Below are positions 19,356 to 29,654 of a DNA stretch of 36,175 nt, piece after piece. The position numbers and the translations under genes are program-made. The notes beneath the pieces are model-generated. The model saw only the letters and a program-made list of their open reading frames with translations. It made no database searches and had not been told where the DNA came from. This stretch comes from a virus (Duplodnaviria; Heunggongvirae; Uroviricota; Caudoviricetes), in IMG/VR virus record IMGVR_UViG_2832442593_000001, positions 51,845 through 88,019 of that record; one strand, written 5' to 3'. The first letter of the stretch is position 1. Each line of letters starts with the position of its first letter.

Positions 19356-20374
19356 GAAACCACCTCCACATCCAGACTTCCTTCAATCTCGCCATGCTTA
19401 GCGATAAGCTGAACCACTACGCCTTGCAATTCGACAAAATCCATAGCCGCCAGACGAGCAAAAGCGCCGCTCGGTGTCAATGTGAATTTATCCATCAGTA
19501 CGCCATCCACAGCAATACTCCACTCAAACTCAGCATCAAGAATCTCATTATCCGCGCTGTCATACAGATGTGCGGTGAACTTCTTAGCTGAACCGCCTTG
19601 ACGAATCGTTGCGTTGCCATTATAGGTGAACGTAATTTTTCCGTCATCGGCAGGGGATGGTGTTGGGTCTGGCATTTGCGCCGGTTCAACATAGTCGCAA
19701 AGGAGCAAGTCCTTACGGTCGGTCTTGGGGTTGTAAAGGTCTTGTGTTACGTTGAGCACCAAGAATCCGCGAATCTCGCCGCTCTGGTAAGAACGCGCGG
19801 TAATGGTATCGACAGCAGTAACCTTGTACGTTTTCGGACTTTCACCGATGATTTCGAGCATGAATCGCTTGTCTACGTCGATAAGAGAGGTCTCTTCGTC
19901 GAACGTAACCTGAATCTTGTACTCACGACTGGAAACTGTGAGTGGCTTTGCCTCATCCAGATTGGAGTAATACGGCTTTTCGGCCGTAACCCAACGGCGA
20001 AGAATCTCGCCGGTATGGCGATTCTGCCAGATAAGCTCGCGGTTACAGAGCTGCATAATGCCCTTGGTGTATACTTCTTTGTTCTGATCAACTTCTGTGA
20101 TCAGCCACTTGGCATTAAGTGCATCTACCACATCACCCGCATAAAAGGTTTCGCCCGGATAGGCGTAAATACGACGGGTGTTGGTAACGCTCTTGTTTTT
20201 TGCCACAATTAGTTCTTGTTGTTTTCCATTGACCTTCGCTTCCGGCTGATAATCAATCGAATCTTTGAAGTGATTTGCAAAGTCCTTTTGAAGAGCAGCA
20301 ATACGCGAGTCTTTGGCGTAAGTGGCTTCTTTGCCGAAACAAATCCAACGGTTTTTTTCCAGCGCGTTCATCAA
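19352..20374 (-). CDS. Putative head-closure / neck protein
   Basis: 340 aa, motif GETFYAGDVV…WLIT…KGIMQLCN, possible Ig-like C-terminus. Synteny with the SPbeta-like neck region. Confidence 0.55.
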   Translation of the reverse strand: MMNALEKNRWICFGKEATYAKDSRIAALQKDFANHFKDSIDYQPEAKVNGKQQELIVAKNKSVTNTRRIYAYPGETFYAGDVVDALNAKWLITEVDQNKEVYTKGIMQLCNRELIWQNRHTGEILRRWVTAEKPYYSNLDEAKPLTVSSREYKIQVTFDEETSLIDVDKRFMLEIIGESPKTYKVTAVDTITARSYQSGEIRGFLVLNVTQDLYNPKTDRKDLLLCDYVEPAQMPDPTPSPADDGKITFTYNGNATIRQGGSAKKFTAHLYDSADNEILDAEFEWSIAVDGVLMDKFTLTPSGAFARLAAMDFVELQGVVVQLIAKHGEIEGSLDVEVVS

Positions 20375-20886
20375 CTTTCCTCCGTTTCGTAGGAGGTATA
20401 GTCAATACTGCGCTGCTTACCGGTCGTTCGGTCTCTGCGAGCATAACGGTCGAGCTTAACCTTGTTCTCCTCTACGACCGTATTGTACATAGCCATAAAG
20501 GTCTTTCGATCATTAGCAGGGGAGAATACCTGAAGGTCGCTCGGCGTATATTGGTGCTGGAATGCACGGAGCTTGGAAACATCTCGCTTCAGATAGCCCT
20601 CATACATCAGGTTGGCGAGAAGGTCGATTTCGAAGGGAGTTAAGTCAGCAGTGAAAAACTCCTTTTGTTTGCGCCCTTCGCCTTCCGTATAGATGTCAGT
20701 GAAGTCGATTTCAGTATCGCATTCCATCTGCATTCTGATTGCAGCGTCGCGGAGCAGAGCTTTTGCTCGCTGAAGGGCAAGCATGTAACTCTCTTCGTCA
20801 GTCGCTTCATAGTAGTTGAAAAAGTCACGATCTTCTTCAATCAAGTCGAAGAAAACATCGTAGACAGATTCACAAGGAGTGGACAT
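20371..20886 (-). CDS. Putative head-tail adaptor
   Basis: 171 aa helical protein starting MSTPCESVYDVFF…, with LLANLMYEGYL. Downstream of the capsid genes. Confidence 0.55.
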   Translation of the reverse strand: MSTPCESVYDVFFDLIEEDRDFFNYYEATDEESYMLALQRAKALLRDAAIRMQMECDTEIDFTDIYTEGEGRKQKEFFTADLTPFEIDLLANLMYEGYLKRDVSKLRAFQHQYTPSDLQVFSPANDRKTFMAMYNTVVEENKVKLDRYARRDRTTGKQRSIDYTSYETEES

Positions 20887-20907
20887 TGGGCGTACACCTC
20901 CTCGTGT

Positions 20908-21573
20908 TTACTCAGCGTCGGTCTTTGCAGCCGGAGCAGTCTTCTTGCGAGTGGTCTGCTTCTTCGGCGCGGGCGCAGTCGCAGTCTGCGATGCAGTCTG
21001 CATAGCCGCCAGCTGCGCCTGAAGTGCAGCCATCTGTTCCATCATTACCGAGATACGCGGGTCTTCGTCCTGCTGGGCACGCTGCTTTGCCTTGCCGAGA
21101 TTGATCCCAGAACGGCGAATGCCATGATTGATCTCGTCGTATCGCTTGTCAATGACATCAATCATGCGATTGGATACATCAACATTTGGGTCATTCGACA
21201 GCGCGACCATGTGGCTACGAACACGATGAATTTCAGCAACATCGGTGATATCGATGAACTTCTGTGCTGCATCCATATCGCCATCGCGGATAATGCGCTC
21301 GATCTCTTCATCGAACAGAACCGTGTCCTTCCAGTTGTCGAGATACAGCGCATGATAGATATCGTCGCGCTCATTCTCAGCGAACTGTACACGACCGTTA
21401 CGGAATACCGGAGTACGAGAGTTAATGTACTCCACATCCGAGAACGGCATGGTCAGAACGGTCGGCACGCCGCGAGAGCTGTCGAGAAAATACTCGCGGA
21501 ACTGACCGGGCAGATTGATAGAACTGATACTGTGATTAAATACCTTTACCGGGGTATCTGCTTTATAATTCAA
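20908..21573 (-). CDS. Hypothetical phage protein (post-capsid)
   Basis: 221 aa ORF with RBS AAGGAG and a coiled-coil, Lys/Ala-rich C-terminus. Confidence 0.6.
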   Translation of the reverse strand: MNYKADTPVKVFNHSISSINLPGQFREYFLDSSRGVPTVLTMPFSDVEYINSRTPVFRNGRVQFAENERDDIYHALYLDNWKDTVLFDEEIERIIRDGDMDAAQKFIDITDVAEIHRVRSHMVALSNDPNVDVSNRMIDVIDKRYDEINHGIRRSGINLGKAKQRAQQDEDPRISVMMEQMAALQAQLAAMQTASQTATAPAPKKQTTRKKTAPAAKTDAE

Positions 21574-21603
21574 AACTTGAATCTCCTTGAAAATTTATTT
21601 TTT

Positions 21604-21623
21604 GGGCGGGCGTTTGCCCGCCC
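21604..21623. other. GC-rich hairpin after the major capsid gene
   Basis: GGGCGGGC-GTTT-GCCCGCCC. It is followed by A's rather than U's on the sense strand, so it may be an mRNA stabiliser rather than a terminator. Confidence 0.5.
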
Positions 21624-21637
21624 GGAGCAACAGCCGA

Positions 21638-22639
21638 TTACTTAGCGTAAACGACCTTTGCAGCCTTGGAAATGTCAGTGATGACGGAACCGAACGAGTA
21701 GCCAGTAACCTTGATGTGGATCTGCTCGTTGTTGATATCAGTCTCCTGATATGTGCGGGTCTCGCCGCGGGTGATGACCTTGCCGATCTTGCCAGCAGCT
21801 GCAAACAGGCGCTTGTCAGGAATGATGAAGTTGCCGTTAGCCAGCTTCTTAACACCAGACAGGCCGAACAGACGGCAGCCAGCGTACAGGTCAAACTTGC
21901 CGAGCTTGTTGTACTGGTTCTTGACGTCCTCAGACAGACCGGTAGTAGCAGACGGCAGGGTGGTCATACCAACGATGTACTTGTTCTGGCCGAAAATTGC
22001 CGGGGTCTCGCCATTCTCAGCAACGTCCATCAGATAGGTTGCCAGCTTACGGCAAACTGCATCAGACGGAACAGCCTCAGCCTCGTTGAATACGTTGTCG
22101 CCATCAGCCAGAGCCTTGTCAACGATATCCAGAATACGAGCAACGCGCTCCAGCTCGAAAGCCTCGTTGATGTAGGTGATGAGGTTTGCAACGGTCTTGT
22201 AGCCGCCGCGGCGGATCTGCTCAAGGGTCAGAGATGTTTCAGCCTGCAGATTGCAGAATTTCGGCTTCAGAGCCTTGTGGTCGATGAAGGAACGCGGTAC
22301 GTTGCCGCCAGTGGTTGCGTCATACACCTGAATGGTATTCTTCGGATCGACGGTCGTGCGATAATCATCGAACTCACCGATGGAGTCGGTGTCGAACAGC
22401 ATATCAATCAGCTCAGACGGAGCGGAAACGGTCTCCGGAGTGAAGGTCTTGGTGATCAGAGCAGACAGCTCGTGATCCTTGTCAAAGCCGGTCTTGCCCA
22501 GCTCGCGTACCCACGCGTCGGTAACAGCGGAGATCTCCTTGTCCTCGGATGTCAGCTCCGCCGGGGAATACTTGATTGCATTAGCCCACTCGACCATGCG
22601 GCCAGACTGGTCCATAATTGCACTGATTTCAGTGTTCAT
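21638..22639 (-). CDS. Major capsid protein
   Basis: 333 aa with strongly biased codons, after scaffold and decoration genes. C-terminal ETDINNEQIHIKVTGYSFG…KAAKV is HK97-like. Confidence 0.8.
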   Translation of the reverse strand: MNTEISAIMDQSGRMVEWANAIKYSPAELTSEDKEISAVTDAWVRELGKTGFDKDHELSALITKTFTPETVSAPSELIDMLFDTDSIGEFDDYRTTVDPKNTIQVYDATTGGNVPRSFIDHKALKPKFCNLQAETSLTLEQIRRGGYKTVANLITYINEAFELERVARILDIVDKALADGDNVFNEAEAVPSDAVCRKLATYLMDVAENGETPAIFGQNKYIVGMTTLPSATTGLSEDVKNQYNKLGKFDLYAGCRLFGLSGVKKLANGNFIIPDKRLFAAAGKIGKVITRGETRTYQETDINNEQIHIKVTGYSFGSVITDISKAAKVVYAK

Positions 22640-22715
22640 TGTTGTATCTTCCTTTCTTCAAATTATAGGAAATGAGCCGTAACATGGCTCCTAAGTCGTT
22701 CTTTGTGTCCGTAGA

Positions 22716-23162
22716 TTACGCTACAGTGGTAATCTCGGTGCGGACGATGATGCCCATCTTGATGCCAGTCGGGTCAGAGTAAATGCCGCGATACTCCCAA
22801 GCAGAAGCGCCGGACTCAGCCTTTACATACTTACCGTTGGATGCCTTCAGCGGCTCGCCATCCTTCAGGGTAGCGGTGTCCAGCTCGGAGGTAGCGTACA
22901 TCTCGCCCGGCAGAGTCTGGATAACGCGTACACGAACGCCAGCCTTAGCCTCCTCAAAGTCAGCATCAGTCGGCTCAACAATGGAATTGATGCCCTCGTA
23001 GGTCGGATTGATGTCAACCAGCTTGGTGCCGAGGCCGTCAGCAGTTGCCTTTACGGTCTTGTCCTCGGAGTCTACGTCAACCGGAGCGCCCTTCTTTACA
23101 GCGGCGGAGGTCAGGAGCAGCTCTACCGGCTTGCCCTGTACGGTTTCAAGTTCACGGATCAT
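22716..23162 (-). CDS. Putative capsid decoration protein
   Basis: 148 aa between scaffold and capsid, with highly expressed codon style. Confidence 0.6.
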   Translation of the reverse strand: MIRELETVQGKPVELLLTSAAVKKGAPVDVDSEDKTVKATADGLGTKLVDINPTYEGINSIVEPTDADFEEAKAGVRVRVIQTLPGEMYATSELDTATLKDGEPLKASNGKYVKAESGASAWEYRGIYSDPTGIKMGIIVRTEITTVA

Positions 23163-23188
23163 GTGAATAACTTCCTTTCTTTCTTGAT

Positions 23189-24721
23189 TTAGTGTTTAAG
23201 AAACGCACGCATAACGGATGCTGCGTCAATGGACGGCTCATTGACCGTCAGATTTGCAGTATTGGACAGCTGCTGATGCTGTGCAACAACAGGAGTCTGC
23301 GACTGCTGAGCCTGCGCCGCTACGACACGGTCAGCAACCATAATCTTCAGCGCGGACTCATCCAGTTCGCTGAAAATCTTGCTCATTTTCTCGCTCAGCA
23401 GTTCCTCTTCGGTGAACTGCTGAGAGTTCTCTGCATATGCGCGGAGCTGAGCTTCTCTCTCATCATGAGCCGCCTTCTCGGCAGCTTCCCGGAACGGAGT
23501 CAGGGTCTCAACCTCAGATTTGAGCGTGTTAACCTGCTCGTTCAGAGATGCAATAGTCTCGGCCATTTCGCCAAACTTCTCGTTCATCTGCGCGACAGAA
23601 ATGGTCAGCTTGACATCAACCAGATCAGAAATCGTTACTTCCTCGTCGGAAATGGAGTACGTTACCTGCTTGTAGGACAGTTCGTCTGAACCTTCCAGCT
23701 TCAGCAGGGCTTTATGCTCCTCTGGGAACAGGAAGCTCACATAGAACCAGCCGTTGATCTCGTCTCTGAGTGCTTTATAAATCCTGTCCTGAATATCCCA
23801 CGGGGTAAGTGAAGATACGACCGGCTCCGGTTCAGAAGTAGCCTGTGCGGGTTCTGCCGTCGGCTCAGAGGTCGGTTCAGGGTCTGCCGAAGCAGGGTCA
23901 ACCTGCGGCTCGGCCTGCGGTTCAGTTGCCTGAGCGGGTTCAGCTACCTGGGCAGGCTCGGTTACGGGTTCCGCAACTGGGTCGGTCTGCGGTTCTGCAA
24001 CCTGCGGGTCAACAGCCCGCGGGTCAGCTGACGCAGAAGTATTCTTCTTCTTCAATTTGTTATCCTCCTTATTCGAATTTTGGTCGATAAGGTCGCGACT
24101 AAGCGCTTCAGCGACCATAAGCTCTGCGGTCTGAGACAGTGAAAGTACCTTTGCGTCCTTGCCATAAGCAGGGTCGGCAAATTCGTACCCCAGAAATGTA
24201 TTGCCTTCAAATTCGTAACCGCTGATGGTCTTTACACCGTTCGCGAAGCTGTATTCATAGCTGGCAATCTCCCATGAATTGTGAAGTTCGCCCTCCGCGA
24301 ACAGACGACGTATTGCTGAAATAGCGTTTTTATTGCGCTTCCATATCTTTTGAGTTGCAAAAAGGCAGGGAAGTGTCTCTAATTTGCCGTTTACATCCAC
24401 CGTATCGTTCTTGATTTCAACAGAGGTGTGTACGCCAATCGGCACGGTATCAAAGAAGAGCTCTCCATCTGCGTCAAGTGCAACTTCGTGGCTGCCAAAG
24501 GTTGGCTCGCCATCTGCATTCGTCCGGCATTTTGCATATACCGGCATATCAATCAGTGACTTCGCACACTCTTCGGCAGTGTCAGAGGGAAGCAGAACCG
24601 AATTCAGATTAGGTTCATCGTAGTAACAGATACGGTTCACAAGAGTAAGACACTGAGAATTCTCCTCGTCCTCGCTCAGTTCAATCGTGCTACTGGTCAG
24701 AAATGTCTTTTCTTTATTCAT
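23189..24721 (-). CDS. Putative prohead protease / scaffold protein
   Basis: N-terminal protease-like domain (FGSHE…KIWKR…HNSWEI…FEGNTFLG…PAYG), Pro/Glu linker, coiled-coil C-terminus. Lies between portal and capsid. Confidence 0.7.
   Translation of the reverse strand: MNKEKTFLTSSTIELSEDEENSQCLTLVNRICYYDEPNLNSVLLPSDTAEECAKSLIDMPVYAKCRTNADGEPTFGSHEVALDADGELFFDTVPIGVHTSVEIKNDTVDVNGKLETLPCLFATQKIWKRNKNAISAIRRLFAEGELHNSWEIASYEYSFANGVKTISGYEFEGNTFLGYEFADPAYGKDAKVLSLSQTAELMVAEALSRDLIDQNSNKEDNKLKKKNTSASADPRAVDPQVAEPQTDPVAEPVTEPAQVAEPAQATEPQAEPQVDPASADPEPTSEPTAEPAQATSEPEPVVSSLTPWDIQDRIYKALRDEINGWFYVSFLFPEEHKALLKLEGSDELSYKQVTYSISDEEVTISDLVDVKLTISVAQMNEKFGEMAETIASLNEQVNTLKSEVETLTPFREAAEKAAHDEREAQLRAYAENSQQFTEEELLSEKMSKIFSELDESALKIMVADRVVAAQAQQSQTPVVAQHQQLSNTANLTVNEPSIDAASVMRAFLKH
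23820..24035 (-). repeat. Low-complexity (A/T)EP(A/Q) peptide repeats in the scaffold linker
   Basis: DPQVAEPQTDPVAEPVTEPAQVAEPAQATEPQAEPQVDP…TSEPTAEPAQATSEPEP. Boundaries approximate. Confidence 0.7.
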
Positions 24722-24899
24722 CGGTCTCGTTCACCTCCTTCGTCACGCCAAACTCCAGGCCGCGCTCTTTCAGCTTTTGTGCGATCAGTTCAGCGTTTTC
24801 TTCTTCAAAAAAGGCATCCGCGGGTTTGCAGATGCCTGATTTGCATAATAGAAAGTAGTCCCGCTTGCAATGCGGGCAAACCAGTTTCAACTTTGCCAT
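24714..24899 (-). CDS. Small hypothetical protein with CxxC
   Basis: 61 aa ORF filling the portal-scaffold gap. The downstream RBS GGAGGTG lies inside it. Confidence 0.55.
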   Translation of the reverse strand: MAKLKLVCPHCKRDYFLLCKSGICKPADAFFEEENAELIAQKLKERGLEFGVTKEVNETDE

Positions 24900-24901
24900 A
24901 A

Positions 24902-26497
24902 TCAGTTCCTCGTATCGTTGTAGGTCTGATCGTAGCCCTGCTTATCCGGATCGTTTGAATCAGCCGGTCGGCCGGGTTCGCTCTCTCCGTCAGCGTTGCC
25001 ATCAGAATTATACGAGGTAGCATACGGCAGGAAGATATCGCTGAGGCCGTCAGCCTCTTCCTTTTCGCGCTTAACCCGTTCATCCTCAAGGTCGATGCCG
25101 ACCATGCCGAGGGCGGTTTCACGGCTGACAGCAAACGTGCTGTACAACAGCTTACTAAGCTCCATACGCATATCCATATCGAGCAGTTCAGAGTCGATAA
25201 TCTTTACACTCGGGATATACTCGGTACCAATACCGTTGAGCGACAGAACCTGACGATAGAAATGCTCCAGCATACGCTCTACCTGCTCAGAGATAGAGTT
25301 GATACACTTGAGCAGCTGAGACAGGTTGATGTTGGCAGTGGAAGCCGTCTGGGACTTGTCTGCTGCCAGAAAGGCGACGCCCAGAGACGAAAGAACCTTG
25401 TTGCGGTACAAGTTCACCGTTTCTGCAGAGGTTTCGTTTACCTCTGGCTCAACATACTTGATTTCCTTAACGGATGGGCCAGTGGTAACAACAACCGTAC
25501 TGGCTTTCCACGCTTGCATCAGGTTGTCATGGTTGTATGCCTGTTCTTCAAAGCAACGGCGGTCAGCACTGGGACCAAGACATTTCTCATTCATCACCTG
25601 ATGGATGATTTTCTTAGCCTTGCTTTTCGCCGTGGTCTCATCTGCGTTGCGGTAAGTCTCCAACATCAAAACAGAAGACATTGCGCGGAAGATAGGGGAG
25701 ACACCATATTTCTTGCCAAAATTGTTGACGCGAACCATGTAAGTATAGTTGTTGTCAAGAATAGCATAGGTCTCCTTAGCCTTCATCGCTTCACCGACCT
25801 CTTTCGGGAAGGTTGCTTCAACCTCTTCCTGCGTGTCGTTGAAGAACAGAGGCTTGCGCTGCTTGTTCTTGAGCATGGTCTTCTGCAGTGCAGACTTCAG
25901 GTTTTCGATACCCACCAGAAGAACCGGATTGCCATTGCTCTCATAGCCGGAGTTCTCGATAATATCCAGCGGGAGCCAATCAATCTGCCAGTTCTCCGTA
26001 TTGTTGCGAAGCACAGCCGCGAAGTTGCCCTCAATATATGCCGTGATGATCGCTTCTCGGATAAACTGCTCGACTCGCACCTGAGAGTTGAAATCATTCA
26101 GGATAGCCTGTGCCTTCTCCAACGTTTTGGTCTTGTTGCGGGCACCGTTGAAGTTGCGGTACGACAGCCGTATATCCGTGTTGATGTTGTTCTGGATGGA
26201 CTGTACGACCATGCCAACAATGTCATCAATGTTGATGTACTTGCGGATAATAGCATTGATGCTCTGGACACTGGACAGGTTGGATTGCGCTCCTTCGCCC
26301 AGAGAGGAAATCGTGCTGGTCGTCAGCGTGCTTGCTGAAGCGCCATCGTTGAGATATGCGCTGTACATGCGGTTTTGCGGGTCATATGTCGCAACAGCGT
26401 GCTTGTATCGTTCCGCAGTCTCGCGGTCGGCAAATGAGGTGACGATAGTTGCACCATCTTCCGCCTCATCAATCAGCGGCTTTGGATTCTCAGCCAT
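24902..26497 (-). CDS. Portal protein
   Basis: 531 aa immediately after TerL. Motifs KKYGVSPIFRAM and KIIHQVM, with helical C-terminus RETALGMVGIDLEDE. Confidence 0.8.
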   Translation of the reverse strand: MAENPKPLIDEAEDGATIVTSFADRETAERYKHAVATYDPQNRMYSAYLNDGASASTLTTSTISSLGEGAQSNLSSVQSINAIIRKYINIDDIVGMVVQSIQNNINTDIRLSYRNFNGARNKTKTLEKAQAILNDFNSQVRVEQFIREAIITAYIEGNFAAVLRNNTENWQIDWLPLDIIENSGYESNGNPVLLVGIENLKSALQKTMLKNKQRKPLFFNDTQEEVEATFPKEVGEAMKAKETYAILDNNYTYMVRVNNFGKKYGVSPIFRAMSSVLMLETYRNADETTAKSKAKKIIHQVMNEKCLGPSADRRCFEEQAYNHDNLMQAWKASTVVVTTGPSVKEIKYVEPEVNETSAETVNLYRNKVLSSLGVAFLAADKSQTASTANINLSQLLKCINSISEQVERMLEHFYRQVLSLNGIGTEYIPSVKIIDSELLDMDMRMELSKLLYSTFAVSRETALGMVGIDLEDERVKREKEEADGLSDIFLPYATSYNSDGNADGESEPGRPADSNDPDKQGYDQTYNDTRN

Positions 26498-26512
26498 GAT
26501 GTCACCTCCAAA

Positions 26513-28225
26513 TTAAAATTCCACGGTCGAAACGCACCGTGGCGCGTATTTGAATTCATCCGTTGACCGTCGGCGCAGGTCGCGCTCCAGTTCGGATGCG
26601 ATGTAATTGGCGTAAGCCAGACTCGAGTAACGGTCTTTACGCATTCCGGATACTTCGTACACCCTGATGTTCTGACCGGCCATCTCGTATTCGAGGTTGA
26701 TCGTCTCGTTTACAAAGGCGGTAGTCTGGTAGTACGGGTGCTGGTATGCAACCTGTTCCTCAACGGAGAGCTTGCGGTAAGCCTTGCTCTTTTCGAGCAG
26801 CTCAACGCCGTCAATTTCGTTGATGAGCAGGCGTAGTTTGCCTCGCTTGATGCAGTCTCGCAGGGAAACTGCCATCTCAGAGTTCTTACTAGCACTCGCT
26901 TTAATGGAGTACACAACACGCGGCGCATTCGGATTACGGCTGCGAGCAGCCATATTCTCATCGTTAATGCACGACCACGCTTTGTATTCCACTCCTCGGG
27001 TCTCGTCATAAAGGTCTTGAACAAGCTGGTCGAAAATTGAGATGCCTACACCATTGGTATCAACTACGACATAATCCACATCCAAATCGTCATAAAGCTG
27101 ACGGATGCGGATTGCTTGATCTTGACCATGACCACCATCAATGGTCTCCATGTAACACTCATTACGGATATACTGTCCGGAGTTGTTAGGCAGGAGCTGC
27201 AACAGGGTGATCGCTGTTGCGTCGTTCTTCGCGCCGCCGGAGGTTGCGATATCGCAGCTCAGCAGGCGAATTTCCCCCGGTTCCTTGCTTGGGTACTTCA
27301 GCTTGGGATCGCCAAGTGCCGCATACATAGGCCGCGGATAGATTGGGCGCGTGATGCGCCGTACAGAGTTCAGGTCTGTAAAAGAGAAGAATGCACGTTC
27401 AGATTCGCCATAGAATTCTGAGCACATTTCCATGCTCCATGAGATTTCGTTGAAATCATCTTCCTGCATCTCTTCTCGAATCTGTTCCATCGGATAATAT
27501 CCTGCAGAAACAGGCAACTGATAAGGGAAACCGCACACGATATACGGCTCGCTCTTGATCATCGACTTAAAATAAGCCTTAAATTTCGCCCAGCTGTAAT
27601 GCCATTTGAAGTATGCCGAGCTGATATAAGTCTCCGTGTTACGTTCCTTTGGATAGTTCTTATATTTTGGGAAACTGTAAAAGCCCGGAGTGCGTTCTCC
27701 GGCTTTGAACTTTCTGAGCACCTTATCAATAATATCCTTCGGAATCTGCACGAATTCGTCCGCAATCATCCAGTTTGTACGCGCAGAACGTGAAGAATCA
27801 CGCGCTGTTACAACTTTGACCACGGAGCCATTCTTGAATTTGATGTACGCCTCGCTGGGCGTCACCTTGTAATCTTCAATCTCGTTCGTTAGATTGGGTG
27901 AGTCAGGCATAAACTTTTCGACTATCTTGTTCAATAGGTTCGTCGACTGACTTCGGACGCCGGCCGCGACAGTGACTTCCAGACCGGGATACAAAATGCA
28001 CCGAACACAAATAGCCGCCGCCACGATCATGGACTTACCCATGCCGCGAGAAGCGATAATCATCACATAGGTGTTCAGACAGATTAAGTCCAGTAGAATG
28101 CACTGGAACATCGCCAGCCATTTCATGCCGAGATAATCCTGAGCAAAACGATGTGGATTAGCTCGATAGAAACTAACCCACTTGCACATACCTCGTTCAA
28201 TTTTTTCAGCTTTGGTGGCATCCAT
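26513..28225 (-). CDS. Terminase large subunit
   Basis: Walker A ASRGMGKS, Walker B MIADEF, nuclease SCDIATSGG…ND and RKDRYSSLAYANY. Confidence 0.92.
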   Translation of the reverse strand: MDATKAEKIERGMCKWVSFYRANPHRFAQDYLGMKWLAMFQCILLDLICLNTYVMIIASRGMGKSMIVAAAICVRCILYPGLEVTVAAGVRSQSTNLLNKIVEKFMPDSPNLTNEIEDYKVTPSEAYIKFKNGSVVKVVTARDSSRSARTNWMIADEFVQIPKDIIDKVLRKFKAGERTPGFYSFPKYKNYPKERNTETYISSAYFKWHYSWAKFKAYFKSMIKSEPYIVCGFPYQLPVSAGYYPMEQIREEMQEDDFNEISWSMEMCSEFYGESERAFFSFTDLNSVRRITRPIYPRPMYAALGDPKLKYPSKEPGEIRLLSCDIATSGGAKNDATAITLLQLLPNNSGQYIRNECYMETIDGGHGQDQAIRIRQLYDDLDVDYVVVDTNGVGISIFDQLVQDLYDETRGVEYKAWSCINDENMAARSRNPNAPRVVYSIKASASKNSEMAVSLRDCIKRGKLRLLINEIDGVELLEKSKAYRKLSVEEQVAYQHPYYQTTAFVNETINLEYEMAGQNIRVYEVSGMRKDRYSSLAYANYIASELERDLRRRSTDEFKYAPRCVSTVEF

Positions 28226-29292
28226 CAGGCATCACCGCCGTTCTCTTCTCCGGCTTCCTTTTCTGCCAGAAGGTCAACACCCTCCATAGCGCGATTCATA
28301 ATGGCGTCAAAGACGTCCTCATCATCGAGATCCTCCAAATCAGGGTCATCGACGCGATATTTGTTCATTTCGTCCTCGTACATCTTGGCGTGTCGGTTCT
28401 TGATGCCAAGCATATGGCACAAATGGCCGAGGAAGTAAATGCTGATGAGACGGATGATACCGTCTACATCCTTCCACTCTGGAAGCGGTTCCGGAATCGG
28501 GTCATGATCCTCGAATCGCTTAATCATCTTTCCAAGCGGGATTTCCGACTCTCGATCCTTTGCTTCGACGATTTTAGGCGTCAGTGCAGCACGGTCGAGT
28601 GTTTTCTGGTAGGTGTCGGTCAATTTCTGATATACGTCCACCTTGCCGTCCAACAGCATCTTGTTCTGCTGCAGCTTGATAATACAGAGCTCGCGAACCA
28701 GAGATTGCTGTGATTTGCCTTTAACGACACACTTCGCCAGCCAGTCCTCATACTCATTCTGCAAGAATTCATACTCGGTGGCGGTAAAGTTAAGCCCCCA
28801 CTCATTCATCAGTTCCTTGGTTACTTGGAAATCTGTCTGCTGAGTAGGGGTTTCGGTATCTTCATAGGTCTGCAAAGCCAAGTCCTGTTCCTCACGAATC
28901 GTCGAATCGTAAGTCTTGCTGTCATAAGCGTTGAGGTTCAGTTTTGCGATATAAGCCGACATACGGCTCTTATGCGCTCCCATCTCTTTGGATGCTTCAA
29001 CCAGAGTGGGGGAGTAGTATAGATCAAACTTCATGCAGATACGCCGAATCGCCGTGTCTGCGTCGAACATTTCCTGATAGCGGTCGAACAGCGCATCAAT
29101 ACAGCCGCGACAGACAGGAAGTCGGCCGCTGTTGTTGCGATACAGAATTGTGTTCGGTGCGTTGTAAAAGTCGGTCGCGCGGGAATATTCCGTCCCGCAG
29201 CAGACGCATCTCTTAATCTGGTGCGGCTTTACTGCGGGTGTGAGCTTGTCTTCTTTTTTAGGGATGGTGGGAATCTTAGGCACCAATGCCAT
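28225..29292 (-). CDS. Putative terminase small subunit (Zn-finger N-terminus)
   Basis: 355 aa coupled to TerL, with CVCC…CRGC motifs and a helical C-terminus. Function from synteny. Confidence 0.55.
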   Translation of the reverse strand: MALVPKIPTIPKKEDKLTPAVKPHQIKRCVCCGTEYSRATDFYNAPNTILYRNNSGRLPVCRGCIDALFDRYQEMFDADTAIRRICMKFDLYYSPTLVEASKEMGAHKSRMSAYIAKLNLNAYDSKTYDSTIREEQDLALQTYEDTETPTQQTDFQVTKELMNEWGLNFTATEYEFLQNEYEDWLAKCVVKGKSQQSLVRELCIIKLQQNKMLLDGKVDVYQKLTDTYQKTLDRAALTPKIVEAKDRESEIPLGKMIKRFEDHDPIPEPLPEWKDVDGIIRLISIYFLGHLCHMLGIKNRHAKMYEDEMNKYRVDDPDLEDLDDEDVFDAIMNRAMEGVDLLAEKEAGEENGGDA

Positions 29293-29651
29293 TAACCCTC
29301 ACCACCTTCCGCCTCCTGCATCGTAGCGTAGAACTGGTCGGAGGCTTCGTTCAGCTTCGGAAAAGCAGTGAATCGTACCGTGTGCTTAGTCGGTACAATG
29401 CGCTTCTTGCCATCAGAACCTGGGAAGTTGTCTACCATCTGGTAAGATTTACGCTCATGGTTTTCAAACTTGCCGAAGTCCGGCAGCGAGAGCACCTCGC
29501 ATTCCTTGAGAAGCTGCTTAATGCTGTTCAGCACGCTGTTTACAACCTTCTTGCTGTCTTCATAAGCCATCTCGTACAGTTCGGAGTGCTTCGAGTACAG
29601 TGCAGCGTAACACAGCGTGTTCTTATCTTCTTTCTTCTTGGCTCTTGCCAT
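29292..29651 (-). CDS. hup: HU/IHF-like DNA-binding protein
   Basis: VVNSVLNSIKQLL…LSLPDFGKFENHERK…IVPTKHTVRFTAFPKL. Confidence 0.85.
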   Translation of the reverse strand: MARAKKKEDKNTLCYAALYSKHSELYEMAYEDSKKVVNSVLNSIKQLLKECEVLSLPDFGKFENHERKSYQMVDNFPGSDGKKRIVPTKHTVRFTAFPKLNEASDQFYATMQEAEGGEG

Positions 29652-29654
29652 GCT

